A stretch of DNA of 64,000 nucleotides from an uncultured Chloroflexia bacterium (lineage in GTDB: Bacteria > Chloroflexota > Chloroflexia > Thermomicrobiales > UBA6265), in contig CAVRUC010000013.1 of assembly GCA_963724295.1 (NCBI GenBank), positions 160,001 to 224,000 of the forward strand, written 5' to 3'. A program made the translations under genes and the position numbers. The notes under the pieces were generated by a model that was not told the origin of the DNA, searched no databases, and was given only the letters and a program-made list of their open reading frames with translations. Positions 11,520 to 20,687 of the stretch are shown here, in pieces (the first letter of the stretch is position 1; every line of letters starts with the position of its first letter).

Positions 11520-11859
11520 CATCCCTTAGCGGCGTTTCATCCAGTTCTTCGGGGCACCCCGCTTGAGTGGAGAGGTGAAGCCCCGCTCCTCCACGACAAC
11601 CGATGCCGGTCGCCGGCCGCATCCGGTGGCCCCAGGGCGTGACGAGGGCGTGCGTGCTCGGCTGGCACCATACCCTGCCGGCTGACTCCGCCCACCACCG
11701 GAACTGGCTCATATTGGGGATGGCGCCATCTCCGGCTAGAGGTATGCTGCAGGTTGCGGCCGGGCCGAGGCGGGACCCGGGACACCTCCGGCCCCGAACC
11801 CTTCCATCCGACGAGGGACAGCATTGGATAGCACGGATAGCCGCGGCCCCAGGTCGATA

Positions 11860-12677
11860 ATGGATCTCACCGAACGCCTCAGCCGGCGGGGGGCCCTGAA
11901 GGCCTACGTGCCGCCGGCGCTGAGCATGGTCGTCCTCGCCAGCGCTAACAACCTCTCAACCTCCGGCGTGGAGCGCGTGAAAGTACGCGGCGACGGTGAT
12001 AGGCAATTCTGGCGGCGGCCGTGGCAATTCCGGCGGCGACCCCGGCAACCCCGTCGGCGACGACCCAGGCAACCCCGTCGGCAATCCCGGTGACGGCGGT
12101 GGCAACCCTGGTGGCGACCTCGACGGCAGCAACCCCGGCGGCGACCCCGGCGGCGACCCCGGCAATCCCGGTGGCGGTGGCAATCCCGGCGGCGATCCCG
12201 GTAACCCTGGTGGCGACCCCGGCGGCGGCGGCAATCCCGGCGGCGGCGGCAACCCTGGCGGCGGCGGCCCCGCGGCGGCAACCCCGGCGGTGACCCCGGC
12301 GGCAATCCTGGCGGCGGCGGCAACCCGGCGGCGGCAATCCCGGTGGCGGCGGCTGGCGGCAACCCCGGCGGCGACCCCGGCGGTGGTGGCAACCCCGGCG
12401 GTGGTGGCAACCCCGGCGGCGACCCCGGCGGCGGCGGTAACCCGGCGGCGGCAGCCCCGACGGCGGCAACCCCGGCGGTGACCCCGGCGGCGGTGGCGGC
12501 AACCCTGGTGGCGACCCCGGCAACCCTGGCGGTGGTAGCGGCGGCAACCCCGGCGGCGACCCCGGCAACCCAGTGGCGGTGGCGGCAACCCTGGTGGTGG
12601 CGGCAACCCTGGCACGGCGGCGGTGGTGGTGGCGGCAACCTGGTGGTGGCGGCGGTCGCGACAATAAGAAGAAGTAG
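11860..12677 (+). CDS. Putative RRE-substrate precursor protein: leader plus Gly/Asn/Pro/Asp repeat body, with multiple frameshifts in the repeat
   Basis: MDLTERLSRRGALKAYVPPALSMVVLASANNLSTSG..., then about 25 GNP(G) units with synonymous third-position variation, ending GGGRDNKKK-TAG at 12677. Confidence 0.7.
12000..12660 (+). repeat. Imperfect coding tandem repeat GGC-AAY-CCN-GGY-GGY-(GAY-CCC), i.e. GNPGG(DP)
   Basis: Directly visible; about 25 aaccc/aatcc cores. Confidence 0.9.
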
Positions 12678-12856
12678 GGCCTGCCTGCCGAGCGTGCCGA
12701 CGACCATCGTCGATAGGACCCTGTCCATCATCCAGGGGATAGCGACCTCCGGCAAGGTCCAGACCTGCGGAGGTAGTGGCGACAAGCACGGGGTCCGCGA
12801 TTCCAATCGTGCGTTGCCTAAGTGGCACAAGAAGTAGACGGAGGGTTTCGCGCGAC

Positions 12857-13690
12857 GTGGCAGAACGAGCGATCCACCGGCTCTTCGGGCTCGCCGTTAC
12901 CTCGGACTTGCCGCTCCCGCTTCCTCCGGACGCCGGACCTGCGACGGTAGAGGTGGTCAAAGGGCGGGTTCTCCCGCACGGCGAGCTGCTCTGGCAAGCG
13001 CCGCCACCTCTTGCCTTTGCGTGCCGACGTGACGGGTCCGCGATCGTCCTCGACTGGCCGACCGCCCGGTTCCGAGTAGACCCCGAGCGGGTGATTGTCG
13101 ACGCCCACGACGATCGCGACGCGGTCGCCCTCCTGATTCCGGTCGTCTGGTCGGTGGTCCTCGCGGGGCATGGCTACGAGGCCCTGCACGGTTGCGCCAC
13201 CGCCCGCGATGGGCGGGCGGTGGCGGTCCTCGGTGCCTCTGGGGCGGGCAAGAGCACGGCGGCTCTGGCCCTTATCGATCGTGGCTGGCGGGTCATCACC
13301 GACGACCTGCTCGCGCTCGACGCGGCTGGGCGGGCCGTGCCTGGCCCGCCCTTCGTGCGCATCTGCCCGGATCGGGCGGCGGGTCGTGGTGGGGAGCCCG
13401 ACGCTGGCGGCAAGTTCCGCATTCCTGCCCCGTCGTCCTCTGAGCCGGTGCCGCTAGCGGCCGTTGTCGTCCTTGATGACCAGTTCGACCGGTACGCCCC
13501 GCTCCGTGGTGCCGCGGCGGCGTCCGCGCTCCTCGGCCAGATCTACAGCCCGATTGACACCCACCCGGGGCAGTCACGGCGACGCTTCGAGCTCGCCCTC
13601 GGCCTCGTCGACAGCGTGCCTATCTACGGAGCTCCGCCCCGTTCCCTAACGGCGGATCGACTCGAGCGGATCGCGGAAGCGGCGTCATGA
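12857..13690 (+). CDS. HPr-kinase-related P-loop kinase
   Basis: GAGG RBS, GTG start; LHGCATARDGRAVAVLGASGAGKST Walker A and GWRVITDDLL motif. Confidence 0.85.
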   Translation: MAERAIHRLFGLAVTSDLPLPLPPDAGPATVEVVKGRVLPHGELLWQAPPPLAFACRRDGSAIVLDWPTARFRVDPERVIVDAHDDRDAVALLIPVVWSVVLAGHGYEALHGCATARDGRAVAVLGASGAGKSTAALALIDRGWRVITDDLLALDAAGRAVPGPPFVRICPDRAAGRGGEPDAGGKFRIPAPSSSEPVPLAAVVVLDDQFDRYAPLRGAAAASALLGQIYSPIDTHPGQSRRRFELALGLVDSVPIYGAPPRSLTADRLERIAEAAS

Positions 13691-13953
13691 GCTACAGCGT
13701 GCCCGAGCACATCCACTTCCGCGAGGTGCACGACGAGCTGATGTTGCTCGACGCGCAAAACGATGCCTACTTTGCGCTCAATGCGACCGGCGCCGTCGTC
13801 TGGTCGGTCCTTGCCTCCGGCCGGTCGCTCGAGGCCGCCGCCGCCAGGCTCGCGGCACAATACGCGGTCACACCCGAGAGGGCGGAGACCGACGTGGCGG
13901 CCGTCGTCGACGAGCTCGTCGGCCGCGGGTTGCTCAACCGGTTGGACAGGTGA
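13687..13953 (+). CDS. PqqD family protein (RiPP recognition element)
   Basis: 88 aa; REVHDELMLLD...YFALNATGAVVW..L...Y.V...A..DV...VDELV.RGLL; 4-nt overlap with the kinase. Confidence 0.9.
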   Translation: MSYSVPEHIHFREVHDELMLLDAQNDAYFALNATGAVVWSVLASGRSLEAAAARLAAQYAVTPERAETDVAAVVDELVGRGLLNRLDR

Positions 13954-14951
13954 GCGTCTGGGCGACGGTCGATCATCTGCTGGACCGCGCCGAGGATCCC
14001 GCAGCGCTCCGCGCCCACGGCGTCCAATTGCTGGCGGCGCGGCGCTGGCGGGCGACGGGTCGGCCGGTCCCCGCCGCCCTGCTAGCGGACGAGCGGAGCG
14101 CGGCGATCGCCACCCTTGCCGTGCCGGTCCTGCTGGCACGGGTCCGCGCCGCCCTCAACGGCCCGATCGTGCTGCTGAAAGGACCGGAGGTCGCCGCGCG
14201 GTATCCCGACCCCGCGCTGCGCCCCCTCGGCGACCTCGATCTGCTGGTGCCGGACGCACCGGCCGCCGAACACGCCCTTCGCGCGGTCGGCTTCGAGCCG
14301 GCCGAAGGGGAGCAGACCGCCGCCCGCCAACCGCACCAGCCTCCCCTCCGCTGGCCGAACTCGCCGCTCCGGGTCGAGCTCCACCACACCCTTCCGGTGC
14401 CCGCCTGGTGCAGCCCGCCACCGGCTGACCAGATGCTGGCGGCGGCGGTGCCGGCCGCTATTGGCGATGGCATCCTGACCCTGCCCCCCGCTGCCCATGC
14501 CCTGCTCCTGGCGGGTCACGCCTGGGTCCATTACGGCCCCCGGCCCCGATTGCGGGATTTGGTCGATGTGGCGGTCATGACCGACGACCTCGACCTTGCG
14601 GAAATGGCCGATCTCGCCCGCACCTGGGACTTGCCGCGCGTCTGGCAGGCGACGGCCGGCGCCGTGGCCGCGCTCGGCCGCTCCCTGGACCCCAGTCCTA
14701 CGCCGTGGGGACGGCGGATGACACCCGTCCCGGTTATCCGGGAGCGGACCGTTGCTCAGGAGCATCTGGTGCGCTGGCTCGGCGCCTTCTGGGCGCCGAG
14801 TCCACGGGAGGTTCCCCGCGCGGTCGTGCTCACCGTCGGTCGCGACCTGCGCCCGCTGCCCGGCGAAGCCTGGTCCACCAAGCTACCTCGGATGGGCCAA
14901 ACCGCGCGTTGGGCCCTCGCGCCGGGGTCGAGACCGAACCGCTCGGGTTAG
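13950..14951 (+). CDS. Nucleotidyltransferase family protein (NTP_transf_5-like)
   Basis: LLKG...YPDPALRPLGDLDLLV...VELHH...LRDLVD; 4-nt overlap with PqqD. Confidence 0.85.
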   Translation: MSVWATVDHLLDRAEDPAALRAHGVQLLAARRWRATGRPVPAALLADERSAAIATLAVPVLLARVRAALNGPIVLLKGPEVAARYPDPALRPLGDLDLLVPDAPAAEHALRAVGFEPAEGEQTAARQPHQPPLRWPNSPLRVELHHTLPVPAWCSPPPADQMLAAAVPAAIGDGILTLPPAAHALLLAGHAWVHYGPRPRLRDLVDVAVMTDDLDLAEMADLARTWDLPRVWQATAGAVAALGRSLDPSPTPWGRRMTPVPVIRERTVAQEHLVRWLGAFWAPSPREVPRAVVLTVGRDLRPLPGEAWSTKLPRMGQTARWALAPGSRPNRSG

Positions 14952-15233
14952 GACGGCGCCCGATCCCGTTGGCTAAATTGAGCCAGCCGAATGTAGCTCC
15001 TTGTTGGGATGGGCCGCTGGCGTCCGGCATCTAATCTAATCTGTAACGTACAGCTGGCTCGTGCTTCGTGCCGCGCCGTCGACCGGGGATGGCAGCGCTG
15101 GGGATCCTTTCGCTTGCCGTCCGGGTTCGCGCTCACCCTTCACCGCCGGCCCTCAAAGACGTCCATGGTGTTTCTTGCCGGTCGGTCCGCGTTCGGTGGC
15201 ACCCGGGAGAACGAGCGCTCGCAGGAGATAGGC

Positions 15234-16370
15234 ATGACGACGATACCGAGCTTCGGATTGGCCCTCACACCTGGAGGGGGCGGACGGCGGATCGTTTTGG
15301 GCGGTCATCCCCGCCGGGGGATCCGGGACCCGCCTCTGGCCGCTAAGCCGATCTGCTCACCCCAAATTCCTCCTCCCCCTGCTCGGCGACCGCTCGCTGC
15401 TCCAGGGAACGGCTGATCGGCTGGAACGCCTCGCTCCCCCGGAACGGACGTTCATCGTCTGTGGGCCGGCACACTGTGATCCGGTGTCCGCGCAGCTCCC
15501 GCATTTCCCCGCGACCAGCTTCATCGTCGAGCCCACGCCGCGGGGTTCGGGACCCGCGATCAGCCTCGCCGCGGCAATCATTGCTCGCCGTGATCCTGAG
15601 GCAATCATGGGCAGCTTCGCGGCCGATCATGACGTGCGCGATAACGAGGCCTTCTCGTGCGCGGTTCGGGTTGCGATCGAGGCGGCCAAGGCTGATTGGC
15701 TGGTCACCATCGGCTTGTCACCTGTGCGTCCTGAGACGGGCTACGGCTACATCGAGTCCACCGAGGAGGCGATCGTCACCACGGAGGACGGTAGCGCTTT
15801 CCGCACGATGCGCTTCGTCGAGAAGCCCGACCTTGCGACGGCTACGATCTACGTCGAGTCCGGGCGCTTCCTGTGGAACGCGAGCATGTTCATCTGGAAG
15901 GTTCGTCACCTTCCTGGATGAGCTCGCGCGGCTTCAGCCAGCTCTGCACCTCGGCGTCACGCAGATCGCTGCCGCCTGGGGGACTCCAGAGCAGGAACCA
16001 GGTCGTTGCGGAGATTTGGCCAACCTTACCTGAGTCAACAATTGATCAAGGCGTGATGGAACGGACCCCGCGTGTCGCGGTGGTGCCGGCAGAGATGGGG
16101 TGGTCCGACGTCGGGGATTGGCATGGTTTAGGTGAGCTTCTCGACCACGATGAAAACGGCATCAGCGGTCACGCTGACCTTGTTCATATGCGAAGTCGCG
16201 ACAGCGTCGTCTGGTCGGAGACCAAACGGGTGATCGCGCTCGTCGGGCTCGACAACATCGTCGTGGTTGATACGCCGGACGCGCTCTTGATCGCGAATCG
16301 ATCCGATGCACAAGAGGTGCGCGGCGTGGTTGGCGCACTCACGCAGTCGATGCGGAGTGAGTTGCTGTGA
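15234..16370 (+). pseudogene. manC: Mannose-1-phosphate guanylyltransferase, about 3 frameshifts (pseudogene or assembly error)
   Basis: WAVIPAGGSGTRLWPLSR..PKFLL, EP..RGSGPAI, ADH, PETGYGYI, FVEKP, WNASMF and WSDVGDW spread over three frames; shifts near 15235-15290, 15905 and 15998. Confidence 0.85.
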
Positions 16371-17585
16371 ACCAGCTGGTATGCGACTTCACCTCAGGCG
16401 CTGAATCGTCTCCATGGTTAGCAGATGGGGCTGGGCCCTTTCGGGTCGATCCTCGGCTGGATCCCAAACCGTGGGGAAGCCGAGGGTTGGCGCGGTTTGG
16501 CTTTCCGTTGCCATCGGGCATTCCCATCGGTGAGGCGCTGATCACAGCGGGAGACGCTCGGGCATATGGCGGCTCTGGGGTAGAAACTCGATCTTGGAGC
16601 GTTGGTGGCTGCCGACCCCGTCGGCATCGTGGGGCGCCGCGGATTGAGCGTAACCGCCAACCGACCCCTCTTCCCGCTCCTCGTCAAGCTCATCGACGCG
16701 GCTGAGAATCTATCGATCCAGGTGCATCCGGACGACGTTGCTGCAAGCACTGTGGGCAAGCTGGGCAAGACCGAAGCCTGGCACATCCTCGCCGCTGCAC
16801 CGGACGCGGTCTTGTACCTCGGACTCCGCACGGACGTCTCGATTACAGATTTTGCCGCATGTTGCAATCGAGGAGGTGAAACGGCGGGACTCCTCCGCCA
16901 GATTCCGGCAGTCCCTGGAACGACTCTGCTTATCCCGGCCGGAACAGTCCATGCGCTCGGTGCCGGCGTCCTTGTCTATGAGGTCCAACAGCCCTCGGAT
17001 CTGACGTACCGGCTCGACGATTGGGGACGTGTCGACGCAGCCGGTCGACCACGTGAGCTCCACATCGATTTGGGACTCTCCGTGATCGACGCCGGGTCTC
17101 GACCCGAGGTGATCCCACCTATCGCTCTTGGTCCTGGAGGCGGGCGTCTTCTGCTCGCGGCATGCCGGTACTTCGCACTGGAGCAACTGAACCTCGTCAC
17201 CGGGGCGGAGGAAACGCTCGCGCTTTCGGCGCCGGAGAGCGCGCAGGTCGTGACCTGCCTCACCGGGGAGGTGCACGTGACCGCAAACGATTCCACCGTT
17301 GCCCTTGCAGCCGGGGAAACGATGGTCATTCCTGCCGTATTTCACAGCGCGCGCGTGCGCGCGATTGTTCCAGCGATGCTGTTGCGGACGTGGGTACCAG
17401 ACCTGGACGCCGAAATCGAACTGAACCCGGGGCTCGCTTCACTGCGGAAAGTTCCCTCATTTGAGGGAAGTGCGGCTGCCGAAACGCTCGCTACACTGAC
17501 GGCACTGGAGGAGGATCGATGCGCGCAGTGCGGTTCTTGCCGGAGCGAACCGACTTCTTCGTCCCGTTTCGCGCAGCGGGGATGA
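16367..17585 (+). CDS. manA: Type I mannose-6-phosphate isomerase, one frameshift near 16590
   Basis: PKPWG..GE in the first frame; PLLVKLIDAAENLSIQVHPDD, GKTEAW, PAGTVHA, EVQQPSDLTYRL.DW in the second. Confidence 0.85.
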
Positions 17586-18139
17586 CTGTGGCCGAGGCCG
17601 CGCGACTGCTGACCGACCTCGTCACGGGGCAAGAGCATCCCGATCAGGCCGTCCCGCGATTGCGGGAACTGGAGTAGCGGGGCGACGAGATCACGCACGA
17701 GATCTTCACCGCCCTCGCGCGCAATCTCATTGCGCCGATCAGCTTCGAGGACATCCGGGCCCTGGCAAGCCAGCTGGACGACGTCACCGACGCGATCGAC
17801 GCCGTTGGCCAGCGGCTGGCGCGGAATAACTTGCTTCCCCCGACCGAGGTGACGCAACGACTGGCGCGCATCATCCAGGCACAGGCGGAGAGCATAGCGG
17901 CCGCCGTTCGGCTCATCGAGCATGGCAAGCATCGCGACGCCGTGGAGTGCGGCATCCTCCCCGAGGGCAAGGTGCTTTCGACGACGGGCCTGCTCACCAT
18001 CGAGCCGTCGGCAAGCGCGACCTTGGTCTGCCACGCTCATCTCGGCCCCGCCCTGGCCCCGGCCGAGGCGGTCGTTCTCACGGACTTGGACTGCGCCCTC
18101 GGGGAAGGTCGCCGAGTCGCGGATTGTGGTGCGACCTGA
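17519..18139 (+). pseudogene. DUF47/PhoU-like phosphate transport regulator with an in-frame TAG and divergent C-terminus
   Basis: GGAGGAGG RBS, ATG 17519; MRAVRFLPERTDFF...LRELE*RGDEITHEIF..L....IAPISFEDIRALASQLDDVTDAID; TAG at 17675-17677. Confidence 0.75.
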
Positions 18140-18459
18140 TGGGGGCGTCGCGCGTACCTGCCACAACAACCCCGGCAGCGAGCCGTTCCACCTAGGTGAG
18201 GACTGAGCGCAGGTCCACCACTCACCCGCGCCCGACAGTCTGGACCCGCTGCTGGCAATAGCCCCTGCTTGACACTTCGGGCGCGGTTTGTGGACCTCCA
18301 ATGCGCCCTTACCGCTTATCAGCTCCGATGCGCCACCCCAGGTTCGCGCTTCGAAAACCTCGCCAAAAATCCCTCATTTTGGGGAGGCGCCGCGCCGGTG
18401 CCGCACTGAGAATAGGGGTGGCATCCTCAGAGCAGAATGAAGTCACAAAGGAGTGACAC

Positions 18460-18759
18460 ATGGAGTTCACACGGCACCTCGTCGAGGCGGGCATGCGCAT
18501 TGAGCTCGTGGCCTACGGTCGACGGGATGGCCGCTGGGAGGCGCATGTCGCCTCTTGGAGAGCCTTGAGACCTTCCCGCACGACAGCGGACTTGCTGATC
18601 CTCGCGGCGGATCTGACAAGCCGAGAGTCCTCGGCACTGTGGCCCTCGGTCAACGGACCCACCTCTGCCTGCGCCCTGGATGCGCTGGAAGCGGAGCTGC
18701 GCGAGCGGATCGGTACTGCCGCGGATGCGTTGGGCACCGCAACCGCACGCTCGGCATGA
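18460..18759 (+). CDS. Small hypothetical protein
   Basis: AAGGAG RBS before ATG; 99-aa ORF. Confidence 0.45.
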   Translation: MEFTRHLVEAGMRIELVAYGRRDGRWEAHVASWRALRPSRTTADLLILAADLTSRESSALWPSVNGPTSACALDALEAELRERIGTAADALGTATARSA

Positions 18760-18808
18760 CGCGCCTACCGGATGTGACCTGGATGGCAGTCCTTGTTGGA
18801 GAGTAGCT

Positions 18809-19114
18809 ATGCCCGTCACCCTACTGGAGACACCACGCGGATCCCAGGAGACACTAGGATCACCCGCCGCCGCTTTCCGCTCGGTCATGACCCACGCGGG
18901 GATTGATCCTCGGCATGAGGCGGCGGATCTGCAGGAGGCCTTGCACCGGGCTATCGCCATGCACCGGTATTCGTGTAGCTGGACGAAGGTCCCTGCCGGG
19001 TGGGTGGTCGCGATCTCGTTCCCTGAGCCGCGCCGCTTCTTCGGCACGACGCTGGAGGAAGCGCTGGCCTGGTGCTTGGCCTGGGTCCGGGCACGAGAGA
19101 CAACGCGCCCCTAA
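18809..19114 (+). CDS. Small hypothetical protein
   Basis: GGAG RBS, ATG 18809; W.V.I.FPE.R.FFG.TLEEALAWCLAW looks like a folded conserved motif. Confidence 0.5.
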   Translation: MPVTLLETPRGSQETLGSPAAAFRSVMTHAGIDPRHEAADLQEALHRAIAMHRYSCSWTKVPAGWVVAISFPEPRRFFGTTLEEALAWCLAWVRARETTRP

Positions 19115-20127
19115 CCCCGCGTCCTGCTCCGCTTCGCGTTGAGGAGCCCGCACTCGTGGACGCGACCGGCTTCGATACCTCACCGCGGCGAGTACTGCGT
19201 GCGCCCTTGGCCGGTCTGACTCTCGAGCCAAAGGTCCCAGGCTCCGCGCCCGGATTTCGCTGCGATGCCCCTTCCGGTGCTCCTGGTGTCGTCGCTCAAG
19301 CCGGCGTCTATCCCGCAGCGGCGCGATATTGCATTGCAGTGGACGGGCACCTCTTCAACGGAGCAGCAGTTGATGGACGATGAGTCCATCCTCATCAAGC
19401 TGGCAGAGGGATCGTCCGGGATCGTTCCAGACGCGTGAAGCGCCCGAATCTCGCACGAATGCCGGTGGGACTGTGGCTCATATGCCGCTTCAATATCGAC
19501 GATTCGCTGCTTGCGACGCACAGTGCTAGCGCGTTCTTGGCTAGAAGAACGGCACGAGCCCAGCAGGCTACTGAGGAAAGGGGAGAGCCACGATGATGGT
19601 CCGGTGCTCTTGGGGCACACCACAGCCTCCGGAAGGTTCGACCGAATCATCCCTCGTCGCGATCGCTCGCAGCCTGAAAGCGGCCGAGGAGCGCCTAAGC
19701 GGTTTGACAAAAGTAATGGACCGGTCGCGTTCGACAGTACCTGACGACTCGGCCGCGACCAGCAGAGATCGAGGCGTCCCCCAACCGTCACCCTGGTCCA
19801 AAACTTTTGTTGTTCTGCTTAGCGCCACTTGTCCCCGTTATTCGAGACGGACTGCTTCATCCAGGTAAGAAATTAGCTGAATTGAGGGAGGACAAACTAA
19901 CCACGGCCCTCTAATCTAGGTCTGCCAGAGACAGGACGAAGAGTATGAATCACTCCTCTTTGCCTGTCAGTTCAGCCCGCATTGTGACAGTTGGACATTG
20001 ACGGGCACAGGCATCAAGGGGGTCCGAACCACTGGAACTCGCGGCCAGCATGGTGCCATCACAGCGATACGACTCCGACACGGGATGTGGAGCAGTACGA
20101 GGTGCGCTGGGCGGCACTGGAGATACC

Positions 20128-20415
20128 ATGACCATGGCTTTGCCTGAGACCAACGAGCAGGTGCCCAATCGGGCTTTGATGTCTGACCGGGTTGTTGCCG
20201 ACGCAAAGCGGCTCTATGGGAGCCTTGTGAACGAGGTTGTGCTCGAGCAACGTGCCCGTGAGGCTACGGCCGAGATCTGGACTGACTCGATCAAGGTAAC
20301 GCATTTTGTGCCAGTGCTAGCGCTGCGCAGGGTTCGAGAAATCCTTGTCGAAGCAGGCGAGTTCGCTCCGTTTCGGCAAGTTGCTGGGAATCGCGCTTCA
20401 CAAATAGATACGTAG
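20128..20415 (+). CDS. Small three-helix-bundle protein (DUF3562-like)
   Basis: GGAG RBS; C-terminal KVTHFVPVLALRRVREIL resembles the family motif. Confidence 0.5.
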   Translation: MTMALPETNEQVPNRALMSDRVVADAKRLYGSLVNEVVLEQRAREATAEIWTDSIKVTHFVPVLALRRVREILVEAGEFAPFRQVAGNRASQIDT

Positions 20416-20687
20416 CACGGTCTATCGACACTTCAGAACTGGCGGGCACCTCGTCGCTGACGGCCAGGTTGCTCTGCTTATTTACCCCGTTCGTTAGGAT
20501 GATGACCAGCAATCACCTGTGGACCATAACGACCACGACTTCCACCATGGCATAGCGTCGCTTAGATCGATATCGGCAGCTTGGGTGGCGCTACGTCAAC
20601 TGTGGGTTGAGAGCAAGTCCTCGTCAAGATTCCCGTTAGTTCCGGCGTGCCAATGCCACTGGCCGGCCACAGGCAAGAGGTGCAAGG

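Noticed and set aside
11904..12960. Pro-rich minus-strand ORFs (PPGLPP)
   Set aside because: Antisense shadows of the GNPGG repeat; the leader, terminus and operon orientation support the plus strand.
11860..14951. Canonical lasso peptide cluster
   Set aside because: No lasso cyclase or B2 protease in the window, and the putative core has no Asp/Glu at positions 7-9 and is far too long.
17675..17677. Pyrrolysine read-through of the in-frame TAG
   Set aside because: No pyl genes visible and the gene is also degenerate downstream; a nonsense mutation or base error is simpler.
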